Shown one piece after another: positions 47,715 to 61,254 of a stretch of DNA of 64,000 nt. This DNA comes from Octopus sinensis (taxonomy: Eukaryota). A model generated the notes under the pieces. It had not been told where the DNA came from, made no database searches, and was given only the letters and a program-made list of their open reading frames with translations. The stretch's first letter is position 1; every line of letters begins with the position of its first letter. A program made the translations under genes and the position numbers. The stretch covers positions 6,944,001 through 7,008,000 of the forward strand of contig NC_043016.1 of assembly GCF_006345805.1 (NCBI RefSeq), read 5' to 3'.

Positions 47715-49360
47715 TGGTATGGGCGGGGCCCTGATCAATTTGGATCAATCGAAAGCTTTCGATAGGGTAGACCATCGATACTTGGAGGCTGTCCTCGGAG
47801 CGGCTGGTTTCGGTCCCGTCTTTCGCGGCTGGATAGCTGCTTTGTACAGAGGTACCCGTTCAGTAATTCGCGTAAATGGACATCTATCGAGACCTTTCGA
47901 CATTGCACGAACGTATTGCACGTTCGCTTCTCTACGTATTGACTCTCGAGCCACTATTGCGGAAGCTGGCAACTCTGAGGGGCATCCCGCGAGAATTGGG
48001 ATGCGGGACGAGCGTGTCTGCATACGCGGACGACGTCACCGTCATAGTGTCTAGCCACGAGCACATCGAGCTGGTCGGCGAGACACTGAAAGACTACGAA
48101 GCGGTGACAAGTGCGAAAATCAACCGGGAAAAGTCAGTGGGCTTGCGGCTCGGCACCTGGAGAAGCAAGCCCATGCCGTCCACCAGCGTTTCCGCCGTGG
48201 GACGCCGGACCGACGGTCCGGTCGAGTTGCTCTGGGTCTGGTTTGGTCCGGACCTCCAAATGGAGAAAAACTCTGGAACGAGATAACGAGTAGGGTGGTC
48301 ACTCTCGCCCGGCAATGAGCCGAGAGGAAACTGTCCCTAAAAGGTCGGGTGGAGGTGGAGAATACACGTAAATCGCATCCGTCATCTACTACTGCCTGAC
48401 CGTCGTGCCTTGTCCCGACCCTACCATCACCAAACTAGAATGCATTCTCTTTCCCTTCTTGTGGAAAGGATGCGTCCCGATGATCAGGCGATCCATTTGC
48501 TGTCAACACCCGTTAAAAAGAGGACTGGGCATGCCGTAGTTGATGATGCGCAGAAACGCGCTGAGACTGCGACATCTCAGGCTCTACATAGACGACGGTG
48601 AATAGGTATGGTCATCGTTTGTGAGGCACGCTTTCCCGCAACTCGTCTCCATGACCGAACTGCAGTCGTGGATCAAAAAGAGGCCGAGGAAGGGCGAAGG
48701 GCACCGCCAGTGTCGCGTTGCTCTCAAGTAATTATGCCGTCCCGGGTCGACCTTGAATGACTTCAATACAACCAAAGCATTCTATAGGGGATTAGTGGAG
48801 GGGAGCTCAGGGCGAACCTGGACGTCGACGAGGAATACCTGACCCGCTTGTTCAGGACGACTTTTGGGCCAGGGCCCATGGACAACTTCCAGAGATCCCT
48901 GGCCTGGCAGTGCTACCGAGAAGCACTACCCGTTCGGTAGACACGGCTCCAGAAACACGGAGCCGACCTGCCCGAGATGCGGTCAGAGCAACGAAACCGC
49001 TCTGCACGCACTGTGGGTTATGTCGAACGACTGCTGTCACGTGTGGGACGAGTCGGTTTATCAGCTGAGTCTATCGTCAATATTGTCACGCCTCCTTCCT
49101 TCAAATGGGAAGGAAGAGCTATTTTTATCATCTTTGTGGCTATGGGGAAAGAATGTATCTGGTGTACGCGCCTGAAAGGATTAGAGACAAACACTTTCCT
49201 CTCTGGTCAATCTCTCATCAACTTCTTCAAGTATCACTTGAAAAGGAAAGTGAGAGTAGAGAGGCAAGTTTTGTCTAGCGAATGTTTCAAATAAAGATGG
49301 GTGAATGTAGCAAGGATGGCACGTATGAATGACGAAGTCACCTTAAGCATAATCTTATAA
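47715..49360 (+). mobile_element. 5'-truncated Tx1/L1-like LINE (RT and C-terminal zinc-binding region)
   Basis: ALINLDQSKAFDRVDH, LYVLTLEPLL, SAYADDVTV, and LAWQCYREALPV..CPRCGQSNETALHAL; GC-rich and frameshifted. Confidence 0.85.
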
Positions 49361-49537
49361 ACCCGGAAAAAATTAAAACAGAGGGTTACCTACTTGCAAA
49401 CAAATGTGGTAACATATAACAATATTGGCTGAGGTTACAGAATGACTCTCCTCAACAATAAAATATGCTTGTATACACGGATTCACATAAAGAATCTTGC
49501 AACCAAATACAAAAACGAAATATAATTACATATATAT

Positions 49538-49767
49538 ATTTCTTTACTACCACCAAGGGGCTAAACACAGAGGGGACAAACAAGAACAGACAAACGGATT
49601 AAGTCGATTACATCGACCCCAGTGCGTAACTGGTACTTAATTTATCGACCCCGAAAGGATGAAAGGCAAAGTCGACCTCGGCGGAATTTGAACTCAGAAC
49701 GTAACGGCAGACGAAATACGGCTACGCATTTCGCCCGGCGTGCTAACGTTTCTGCCAGCTCGCTGCC
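49538..49767 (-). mobile_element. SINE family 1
   Basis: Reverse complement of 1860-2087. Confidence 0.9.
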
Positions 49768-50649
49768 TTTTGTAATTACATCTTTAATGTAAAAAAAAGC
49801 CTGTAGTCTGCAATAGTCAATAAAATGGGAATAAACTTTAAAAATACATTCTTCCTGTGTCGCCTCCTAATACTAAATGTTCCTAAACCTATTGGTTACA
49901 GGTCTACCATGCACAAGTTTTGGCCTCAACAGAGTTTTGAAGTGAGGTGAGGTTAGTTGTCATTACTGAGGGCTGAGCTATTTTAAAACCCTGAGGAGGA
50001 AAGCACACACTTGAAGACGGAATATTTGTTATGTTGAGGATGTACATCCGGCACAAGAAAATTTTCAAAGATTTTCTTCTTGAGTTCTTTAGCTGTACGC
50101 TGTTTATGTTTAAGGGAGTGATGTGATTACGTTTGCTTTCATACATGAGGTAGATGCTTTTTTTTTCTGATGTCGAAGAAGGCTTTTCATTAATATATTA
50201 ATAGAAGGCACGGGGCCTAATATTAGTCACTAAGAATCACTCACTGGGTACCAGAGGACGTGGCTTGAGTGTGGAAGGGTCAGGAAGAATGAAAAGATGG
50301 CATCATTTGTGTATGAGTGAGTATTATTGGAGGAGATGACAAGTAGGCCATTAATATATGTATATACGTGTATATATATGTATATGAATCAATATACGAC
50401 TGTATGCGTCTTTGTGTCTGTATATGTGTAACTCATTAATATGTGTGTGTACTTGTACAACTGTGTATGCGAATATTAATGTGTCAATGTATGTATTTGT
50501 GTGTGTGTAAATAAGTGTCAGCACTTGTGTGCAAGAATATTTGTGGTATACAGAGCATAAGTAATCTTGTTAATAATGATTTCTAACACAAAACCACATA
50601 TTTGTGGGGATGTCAGAAAGTGCATAGTCAACTGTATGAATCCAGATTA

Positions 50650-50960
50650 TACTTACTTACTTACTTGTACTTGTGTCGACATTCACCCTGGGCGGGTTGA
50701 GTCGGCTTCTTCTACCACCCTCGAGGCATCTCGAACCATGGCAGCCAATGCACGACGGTCCTGTGCCAGTTCACTGGAGATAGCGAGCCAGTCACGGTTC
50801 CATCGGCGTAGGCCGACCACCTGCGGTCCCGTGAGCACGGAGAGGTCCTCCTTGATCGTCATATCCCAGGTCTTCAGCTGCCCCCCCCCCGCGCGTTTCC
50901 GCCAGTTGGGAAGTGGAGTTGGGAGAAGGACATCACGGCTCAGATTATACTGCTACGTTA
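50650..50960 (-). pseudogene. RTE-clade LINE 3' end
   Basis: Minus-strand RDVLLPTPLPNWRKRAGGQLKTWDMTIKEDL..ELAQDRRALAAMVRDA, ending in (TAAG)n. Confidence 0.75.
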
Positions 50961-51956
50961 CTTGAACGACGGATTTAAATACCTGGGCCGCATCCAGAAA
51001 AGGGCCACTCGACTGATTGGCATTCAGTTGCTAACAGATGCTCCAGTGTCCATCTCTCAAGCGTGATATGTCCTCTCTCTGTCTTTTCTGTCACTACTGT
51101 AGTAATCTCTATTTCTCGGAGCTGGCTGGTTTCGAACCCCTTCCACTAAGGTACTTTCAACCGATTCATCTCTCCACTTCTCCTGAAACTTTTTTGCGTC
51201 CAATCACACCTCCACACTAATCCCTCTTCCAGTCTTTACTCACTAGAACATCGGTCCTCTAGAGTTTCTCCCTGCTTCTGTCTTCCGTGTAGATGTTGAC
51301 CGATGGCAATTTAAAAGGTCTGCTAGGACATGATGTGATCGTGGATGCTGCTCCTTCGTTCACATTCAACAAGGAAAATAGGGAAAAAAAACATTCTTTC
51401 TTAATTTTTTTTAATCTTCTGCCCATACACTTCTAATATTTTTTTGTTGTTTTAATATCATTTTTCTGCTTTCTAAAAGGTTTAACCCTTCTATTAACGT
51501 AACTGGAGTTGTTATTCCAATTGACGAGTAGTCTAAGAATTATGGATTTATCACAGTTAGCTGCGTCCAAATTCCAGGCCCTATGATAGGAGCCAGACTC
51601 GAATATAAAATGAAAATAAGAACGGAAAAAATTACCGAAAGGCATCACATCAGCGTCCGACGATTCTGCATTTAAACACAGTGCACAAGGACCCGGAAGA
51701 GACGTCGAATTCTACTTGACGCTCTACTGAGTTTCCTATTTCATTATCTCCACATTTTCATAAAACTTTATTTCTAAAAGGCCATCAAATTTGAGGGGAG
51801 GACTTGAACAGTATCATCGATCTTCGGCCGACACTTTATTTTATCAATTCTAAAAGGATAAAAGTCAAAATTGCCCTCAGCAAGATTTGAAACCAGAACA
51901 TAAAGAACCGGAATAAATAACGCGAGGCATTTTGTCTGGAACACCTACGATACCAA

Positions 51957-52283
51957 TTTCTTTACTACCCACAAGGGGCTAAACACAGCAGGGACAAACA
52001 AGTACGGACAAACGGATTAAGTCGATTATATCAACGAAATACAGCTAAGCATTTCTATTTCTTTACTGCCCCCAAGGGGCTAAACACAGAAGGGACAAAC
52101 AAGCACAGACAAAACGGATTAGGTCGATTACATCAACTCCAGTGCGTAACTGGTACTTAATTTATCGACCCCGAAAGTATGAAAGGCAAAGTCGACCTCG
52201 GCGGAATTTGAACTCAGAACGTAGCGGCAGACGAAATACCGCTAAGCATTTCGCCCGGCGCGCTAACGTTTCTGCCAGCTCGG
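51957..52283 (-). mobile_element. SINE family 1 (full copy plus extra tail fragment)
   Basis: Two successive tails TTTACT.CCC.CAAGGGGCTAAACAC and one head. Confidence 0.85.
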
Positions 52284-52538
52284 CATTGTATGCAGCGTTG
52301 GAACTCCTACAATACCTCCATCCTACCACCCTCACATTTTTATAAAGATCCAAACTGCTTAGGTTCAGTTCCTGTTTCGATAGCTTCGAGATGTGATATT
52401 CCCTCCTGGATAAGATAACAGATTTCATAAGTATCTTTGCTTGTTAATACTCAAACTATCAACGAATTACTTGTCAGTTTCTTTAGTGCGCCAACTATTA
52501 TTAACAGTAATAATGAAGAATTCTTCTGCACCTGCTGC

Positions 52539-52946
52539 ATGTTTGTTTGCTTGTTGAGCGAAGCGGTCTTCGTCCCAGAGCTCGCAAGATCGGGCAAAGT
52601 CCGAAACGTGGGAAAAGTCCGAAACGTGGTCCTTTGCTACTCGTAAGACCCGCAGAAGAGAGAAAGCAGGTCAACCCCCGACACCGAGAGCATCGACGGA
52701 TGGATGAATGCGCATCAAGGCTCAGCGGTTGCGTAGGAAGTCGGTGACAAGAAACAGGAAGAAAGAGTGAGAGAAAGTTGGAGCGAAAGAGTACAACAGG
52801 GGTCGTCACCACCCCCTGCCGGGGCCTCGTGGAGCTTTTAGGTGTTTTCGCTCAATAAACACACACAACGCCTGGTTTGGGAATCGAAACCGCGATCCTC
52901 CGACCGCGAGTCCGCTGCCCTAACCACTGGGCCATTGCGCCTCCAC
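52539..52946 (-). mobile_element. SINE family 3, tail type B, with a 13-bp target-site duplication
   Basis: CTGCACCTGCTGC at 52526-52538 and 52946-52958; same body as 15069-15453. Confidence 0.9.
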
Positions 52947-53375
52947 TGCACCTGCTGCTGATTTCTAAATTAAATCGTCTTAGCAGATTCTGTTATAGAC
53001 ACAATACCCATTCCTTCACAAGATCTAAATCTTGCCTTGCTCAATCAACAAAGCCCATAGAAACAACAACAACAACAACAACAGCAGCAACCTACTTTTA
53101 GTGGATGTAGAGTGATTTGAGTACAACACTTGTGAGAATGGTGTAATGAACATGATTCATAAGAATGAATGACTAATCCCAATTATTCTCACACGAAACA
53201 AAGCATAAATTCATCCACATGCCCGTGTGTGTGTGTATTATATATGTGTGTGTATGTATGTGCATGCGTGTGTATATATATATATACACGCATACACATA
53301 CATAAACACGCGTACATACATACAAACAGACAGACAGATAGATATGAAGCTAGCTAGACAGACATACATACAGAT

Positions 53376-53472
<97 letters not shown>

Positions 53473-54029
53473 TAGATAGATAGATGCACACACACAACAC
53501 CACAAACACACACACATACAGAAACGCATACACACACATTTATATATATAGATATATATATATATATATTATATATAATATATATATATAATATATATAT
53601 ATATATGTATGTATATATATATGTATATATATTAGTAGAAAAGTGGTTATAAATGGGTAACTTCATCGCGGTTGTTTTACTACGTTGGGGTAACATTGCA
53701 GAGTTACACCCCTTTATTGTGCACATTAATAGTCCTGGTCAGAAGTGCGCTGTAATGACCCATCCGTCAGCCATCCTTCTGTTAAAACTTTTACGTATCA
53801 AATTAAAAGGTAACGGTTATGATGAGCAAATGAATAATTTGTTGCTAATTATGTTTCCATCAGTAATGCCGCAGAAAAAGAGGGTTTACTACATGTTACA
53901 TTTTCAGCTGAGTGTTATGGGATTACTATATCTGAGCAGTTAGAATCCAGGACACTTCCAACGGTAGTAACCAACAACCCTTCATGGCCCTGTCCAATAC
54001 ACATTTTGCGCCTTTCGGGAAAAAAAAAG

Positions 54030-54284
54030 GCTCAAAGATCCTTCTCGAGCCATAGGCTCATAACGCTGCTTTCCCGTATTCAGTGCCGCATATATTCCCT
54101 ACCTAAACGGGACGCCGGTCCATGGTAGGATTACTCATTTTTGTCAGATGAGTAGACAGGCGCAGCGTGAAATGTAAGGTTTTGTTTTGTTCAACAACAC
54201 AACATATCGGCGGGTCCACGAATCGAAACCCCAATTTTGCGATCATGAATGCAACACCCCAACCACTAAATCACGCACCTCCAC
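54030..54284 (-). mobile_element. Diverged tRNA-derived SINE (different body)
   Basis: Minus-strand head GTGGAGGTGCGTGATTTAGTGGTT..GGTTTCGATTCG followed by ATGGACCGGCGTCCCGT, a V-domain-like motif (from memory). Confidence 0.5.
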
Positions 54285-54419
54285 ATAGACAGCACAGGCA
54301 CAGACACAAATACACACATGTATATATGATCTCGTTATGAGATCAACGACTGTCTGCCGCTTCTCTGTTTATATATTGTGATTAAGGACTATTGACTGCC
54401 ATCTCTAGCAGGCAGGTGT

Positions 54420-54464
54420 CCAGTATCGATGACAGGCAAAGACCCAGAAAGCATGGTCTACTGG
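54420..54464 (+). ncRNA. Degenerate hammerhead motif related to 4306-4351
   Basis: CCAGTA/TACTGG perfect stem I; TCGATGA core; ..AAGACCCAGAAA shared with the 4306 copy; GCATGGTC. Confidence 0.45.
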
Positions 54465-54684
54465 TCGTGCCAAGCTGGAGGGAAGTGGTTCGCTCCCTTA
54501 TTCACAATATATCGGACACAGGTTGTGTGTCGTTAACCAGCGGGAAAAGACGCTTTTCTGCGGCTAAAATGTGGTAACACTGTTCTGTATAGAACAGCCA
54601 TATTATAGTAGCAAAAAAAAAAATTACCGTCTAGTATTGTTACTACTTATATGCCGTAACAAGCTACTTTACTATATATATATA

Positions 54685-54805
54685 TCATCGTGATCACCGT
54701 GACCGATCAGACTATCAGATGTTGTTACACATCGCTGGTCACAATGCGCTTCGCATTGTTTTAGCCTTCAAATGACACCATCCCGCTGGCTAAGCGAGCA
54801 GGCCA
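54685..54805 (-). mobile_element. 3' fragment of SINE family 3, tail type A
   Basis: Same sequence as 13362-13477. Confidence 0.8.
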
Positions 54806-56282
54806 ATATATATATATGAGTGGATTCGTCATGTGTTTAAATGTACACTGTATCTTATATATATACATACATACATACATGTATGGTCTTCAGCAGGAAA
54901 ACCTAGGGTTAAACATATACACACAAGGCGATCAAACTACGTGCCCCTTGTTTATATATCCTAACTTTTTCAAAATCTACTGTGCAGCCGCAGTTCCTTC
55001 GCCAGCAATAAAAAATGTCAACTTTTAAAAACCGAAAATTATCCAAAAACTTACAATACTTAATCATATCAAAGGGAAATGGAAATTAATTAAAATTTTC
55101 ATTTCCAGTGGCCTAACGTGTAAAAATGTAGTCCAAAGACTTTGTATTAGTCATAAGATACAGTGTACATTTAAACACATGAGGAATCCACTCATAGGAT
55201 TCAACACGCTAGAAAGAACAGCTAGGTTCTATAAGATGTGTGTGTGTATACGCATGTTGGCCGAATGGTTAAAAAGTCTGCTTCTCAATAACATTGTACC
55301 AGGTTGGATCCCAGTACCTTTCACTTTTGTTCCAAGTTGATTCAAGAATTATGAGTGAAAGTGGAAAATGTGCGGCAGCCTGTCGGATTTCTTACATCTG
55401 TAATTCAAAAAGTATAGCCTCTTTTGCATATGTCATGCTTATTCAACCCGAGAATAACAGTTAGGATTAAACGTATTTGTTGAATGTTCAAACGGGTTAA
55501 TTCTCGAATAACTGAATGTTCGTTATCAAAGCAACTGATTTTAAAACCAAAAGCATATCTTACTGACATAAAAACGGCCTCACACCTGTTACTTATGGTA
55601 TACACACTCTTAACAACAGCTTAAGTAGTATCATCTTGAATCAGTCTTTTAGAAAAAAGATTTTTGATTATGTAGTTCCTTATTATAACGTTGTCCTGGA
55701 AGCTAGAACATTCAGTGATAAAATTAGCTATATTCCAAATCCTGATCCATCAAAATAAAAGGTGATGAAATATTAATTTGTTTACAAGTTTACTTACCAC
55801 ACGCTAAGTTAAACATAGCAAAATATTTCCTAAGATTAACAGATAAGCTCTTCTCTACAAACTATTGATATAGAAAACTGCTTAACCGTATTGCTAATAA
55901 GGAACAAATTAAATCCTATAAATCTGCAGTATCCACTAAGACCATATTTTCTCTTGCACAATGAATTGCAGATGCCCACTGGGCGATTCCTGCAATTCTG
56001 AGGTCATCTTATTCGAATCGAGCCTTGACATCACCCTGAAGCACCGTATTGTTATGACAGAATGAACCTTCAAGACATGGTTTTGCACATCATGTTTTTT
56101 TGTGTCAAGAGGGTTGATGAAGAAAATGCAACAATGCACTCGAGTTAAATTCAATCGTGTAAAGACAAATGGCAAAAATATTTTATATATATATAGATTA
56201 TATTGTGTGAAAATTTGATTTAGTATTTCTAAATTGAATTTTTTCCCTGTAAGTTTGGATTAATTCCTCAAATATATTATAC

Positions 56283-56317
<35 letters not shown>

Positions 56318-56569
56318 ATATATATATATATATATAATATATATACATATATAACACACACTTACAGTGAATAAACAATCGTGATATAGCAATTAGTTGC
56401 CCGGCTGAATAAAAATCGTTACATGCAACAGAAGTATTATTAGATTAAACAGACATTTTATGTTTCCCTTTTATGCACACTTACCAGAAACTGTGTTGAC
56501 TAAAAACACCGGATTCATGTCGTTTTGTAAAAGACTGACTTGTATTATGTTTTGCCGAAAATATAAATC

Positions 56570-56664
56570 TCAATAAACACCAAACACGCGCGGACACATA
56601 CACTCACACACCGACACAGACACACAGACAACACAGACACAGACACAGACACACCACACACACA

Positions 56665-56695
<31 letters not shown>

Positions 56696-57536
56696 TACAC
56701 ACAAAACATACACATACACACAAAACACACACACACACACACACATATATGTCTTTGTATATACGGATGTATGTGTGGCTAGATGGATGGAAGAGTGTGT
56801 ATGTATGTATGTATGTAATGTGAGTATGTAGTATGTATGTATGTATATGTATATGCGTGTATGTATATATATGTATATATGTGTGTGTGTGTATACATAT
56901 ATGTTTGTATGTATGGCTAGCTGAATGTGTGTATGTATGTATTTATATATATATATATATATATATACATACACACATACATACATACATACATACATAC
57001 ACACATACATACATACATACATACCTACACACACACATACATACATACATACATACACAATACATACATACATACATACATACACACACACATACATACA
57101 TACATACATACATACATACATACATACATACCACACACACACATACATACATACATACATACATACATACACACACCTACACACACATAATACCATACAT
57201 ACATACATACATACATACATACATACATACAACACACACATACATACATACATACATAACATACAGGCATGCATGCATGCATGCATGCATACATACATAC
57301 ATACAGCATACATACATACATACATACATACATACATACATACATGCATACACACATACATACATACATACATACATACATACATACAGACACATACATA
57401 CATACATAATACATACATACATACATACACACATGCATACATACATACATACATACATAATACATAACATACAGACACATAACATACATAATACATACAT
57501 ACATACATACATGCATGCATGCACATGCTACATACA

Positions 57537-57570
<34 letters not shown>

Positions 57571-57700
57571 CATACATACATACATACATATACATACATA
57601 CATTACATACATACATATGTCCTCATGTGCATGTATATAACACCCAAACAATACACACACACACACACACATATATATTATATATATATATATATATAAC
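56570..57700. repeat. ~1.1-kb compound (CA)n/(TATG)n/(TACA)n microsatellite
   Basis: Direct reading; source of the 288-348-aa pseudo-ORFs. Confidence 0.95.
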
Positions 57701-57979
57701 TGTGTGAGGGTGGAGAATATAGTAATATTAAGCCATGTCTTATAAAGAAACATGCAGTTGGGTATATACTGTTTGTTTATTTTGCTTCCATTTGTTTCGT
57801 CATAAAACGATTTCTTCACATCTGCGCAACACATAACTACACACGGATAAGACGTTTGGGGGCCTGAAGGGAATATTAGGCATTTACCATATATAAGCAG
57901 GATATAACTCAGTTTGATGGACGTTGCGTTTTGTTTCGAATCAACACCAAGTGTAACTTTTGTATACATATACATTATA

Positions 57980-58380
57980 GGCGTAGGAGTGGCTGTGTGG
58001 TAAGTAGCTTGCTTACCAACCACGTGGTTCCGGGTTCAGTCCCACTGCGTGGCACCTTGGGCAAATGTTCTTCTACTATAGATTCGGGCCGATCAAAGCC
58101 TTGTGAGTGGATTTGGTAGATGAAACCGAAAGAAACCCGTCGTATATATCTATATCTATATATATATATTTGTGTGTGTGTGTGTGTGTGTGTTTATCCC
58201 CCACCGTCGCTTGACAACCGATGCTGGTGTGTTTACGTCCCCGTAACTTAGCGTTTCGATGAAAGAAACCGATAGAATAAATACTAGGCTTACAAAGAAT
58301 AAGTCCTGGGATCGATTTGCTCGGCTAAAAGGCGGTGCTCCAGCATGGCCACAGTCAAATGATTGAAACAAGTAAAAGAG
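57980..58380 (+). mobile_element. SINE family 2
   Basis: Matches 45858-46242. Confidence 0.85.
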
Positions 58381-58779
58381 TATATACCTTTATTTACTTG
58401 TTTTTATACTTCTTAATTTATTCAATTATTTAATTGTTATATATCTCATTAAATAATAGGCCTAACTTTGCCATATAAACAAGCATCTAACTTCGGCATC
58501 ATTTCTTTTTCTCTTTCTCTTATTTAATATCCATTTCTTTGATAAAGTCTATGATCAGTTTGTTTCACTGACGTCATTATTTTCATTGTACACATTCTTC
58601 CATTGCTATTCTTTCGTTTCATATCTCACTTTTTCTGGCCTTTTTTTTCCTGGCCTGACATCATGTATTGTTTGTTGTTTCCTCCTTATCTTACTTGTTT
58701 GATTGGTGTGATTTTTCTTTCTCTTTTTTTTTTCTTTTTTTTTTCTTTCCATGAATAGTACATGCTTTCCTTGAACTTT

Positions 58780-60700
58780 CTATGACGTCTATCATTTGCA
58801 AAGTAGCTTCGGAAGAAAATCTGCAAAGATCATGCTCCGGCCCATTTGCATTCTTCAAGGAAGATTGCCGGAAATCCATCAGGGTCAGTGGCTGAGTTTA
58901 AGTTCATTTCATCAATGGCTGATATTATATCTAATTCCTCTGACTCGATGTAATCGATAGTTGCTATCCCTTCATGTAAAACTTTGAATGAAAGAACTCG
59001 TTTGGCATATTCATTTGCAACTGTCCCAACAGAAATGTGAAACACTTTTGTACTGCATATTCAATATCTCATTCTTTGCGGGTCCGCAGCCTGTGAGCCA
59101 TTTTCTTCGACCAGTGGCCCTATCTTGTACTGTACTGAAGCAAATTCTTTTTCAAAACTGTAGAAGGCTTTTGGGTTTCTCTTTAGATTTTTTTTTTTAC
59201 AGCCCAAGCTTCTTTATCTACCCACTCCTTTTCGTGAGTGTGTTTGAGTTTACTCTCAATCTGAAGCAGTGTCCCTTTGAGATAGACATCTTCACTATCC
59301 TTTAGAGGCCCATTTATGCAATTTTAGAACCTTGTTGTCTCGTCAGAATTTTCCTATCCTCGAGAATTATGCTTTTCTGTCGGTTTGACTTTCTCGCTGG
59401 AGCAGACTTATTGCAAATGTCTTGCATGGTTGTCGTAAGGTGTTGTAGCTTTACGTCAATGTCCTACATAGAAAGAATAGGAAACTACTGTTTTGTGACA
59501 TGACCTCTTTCTGAGTACCATTCCAATCAGCTTTCCGACTGGAAAGGAGTAGGGTGCTTTTAGTAACCTGCATGTCTGTAGTTTTCTGCGGACCATATAT
59601 TGTTACTTCTACCAAGTTATTGTCGGAGAAAACCGTTGTTGCCAACTTAACATTATGGATGAGTGCCGCATTATTTGTGCAGCAGATGTCCAAAATATAT
59701 TTACTCCTTATTGGATTGAGCATTATGTGCCCCATGAACAGCATGTTTGTAAGATTAGGCAGAGACCCTGCTTGCCTCTGCTCATGCTGTTCGACATTAG
59801 GGAAATTAAAGTCTCTTAGAAAAAGTATGTGATGGTTATCATCTATGTTTTTGAGGATCTCCCCAAACCAATCCCCATGTTTTGGAGCACCTGGTGGGTA
59901 ATATGTAAACATATAACCATTTTGATCTGTTTAATGTATACCACCAAAGTTTCACAAACTGAGTTTCCACGTAAAGCCAAAACTACAAGCGTAACATTTT
60001 CTTGGATATAGTACCATGAGTTCTTTCTCTCTTGTCAGGTTAAAATACATATTTTGGTATGTTTATTTCTGCTGGTGATTGTATTGTTTTTGATGAGGGT
60101 TCGGAGGAGATGGAATTTTTTTTTGCTCCCTTCAGTTGTTGTGAACGGAAAGCCTTCAAATGGTTAGTGCTTTCACATAAGTAGCACTTTGACCGTTTCC
60201 CTTCTATCATGATTTGAAGTTGGTTTCCATTTGGGAAATGTATATAATACGGAACTTTGTCCACGTCTTCTGGTTTCTCATGGATGATGACCTCTAACGC
60301 AATTCCTGTCAATGCATTTTAATTTCTAGAAGAGAATCAACTTCTCCAAGAAACAATACATGCCACCAGCCACCAGATGTTTAATTCTGGCGACACATCC
60401 GAAGTTTTTTTTATCTTCACTCGCCTACATAAGCGTATCACAACGAGGATAAAATCCATACTCATATATGGAGCAATGGAATGTTTCTGTTTCTTACTTC
60501 AGAGAAGCATCCAACCAAAACTGCCGTATTGTTTTTGCTCGGATGACGAAACCAATATCACAACAAATTCCTCTGAAACATTTTTGTATCAGGACGTAGA
60601 TGGCTATTTCATCTCATCTCTTCTCAATTGAAATGTACCGATATAGTAGGGTTTTCCTGGCTTTTTGTTTTCTATATCGACAAACTAATGTAACAGACAG
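58780..60700 (-). mobile_element. Heavily decayed CR1/L2-like LINE (ORF1 knuckle, APE endonuclease, RT start)
   Basis: EGKRSKCYLCESTNHLK (CCHC-like), HILFLRDFNFPNV, NPIRSKYILDICCTN..VFSDNNLV, and SATDPDGFPAIFLEEC. Confidence 0.6.
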
Positions 60701-61181
60701 AGGTTAGACTTCGCTGTTTTGAAAAAATTCAAACGTCTGATACCCCGATCGGAAAAGGGGTGGGGATCGTTACGTAAGAATAATCACACCTTAGACGCAG
60801 CTGCTGATCTCACAATGACAAAAATATAAAACAAAATACAAAAACAAATTAAACAAACCTTCAAGCGGTCTGAAAAAAAAAAAAACAAGAGAAATTTAGC
60901 ACAAATTTTCTGAGCTAAAAAAATCAACGTGGTTTCTTATTCTGTGGTTAATCATAATAATGATAATTATGGTTACGAATTTTGGGTACAGGGCAAATAA
61001 TTTCGAGTGAAGGGTTAAGTCAATTACACCAAACCCAGCACTCAACTAATTTTTATTTTATTGACTCCGAAAGAACGAAATGCAAAGTCAACCTCGGTGG
61101 AATTTGTATTCAGAACGTAAGGACGGATGAGATGCCGCTAAGCATTTTACCCGCAGACAATTCTATCTGCTCGCAGCCTTG

Positions 61182-61237
<56 letters not shown>

Positions 61238-61254
61238 CATCATCATCATCATTG

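Noticed and set aside
51433-51670. 71-aa minus-strand ORF in unique sequence, and a similar one at 55936-56175
   Set aside because: No recognisable domain and no linked exons.
56570-58023. Long ORFs of 180-348 aa (MYVC/HTYI repeats), and similar ORFs at 7849, 15705, 27406, 40289, 42642 and 53238
   Set aside because: They are translations of (TATG)n/(CA)n/(AT)n microsatellites, which lack stop codons in some frames.
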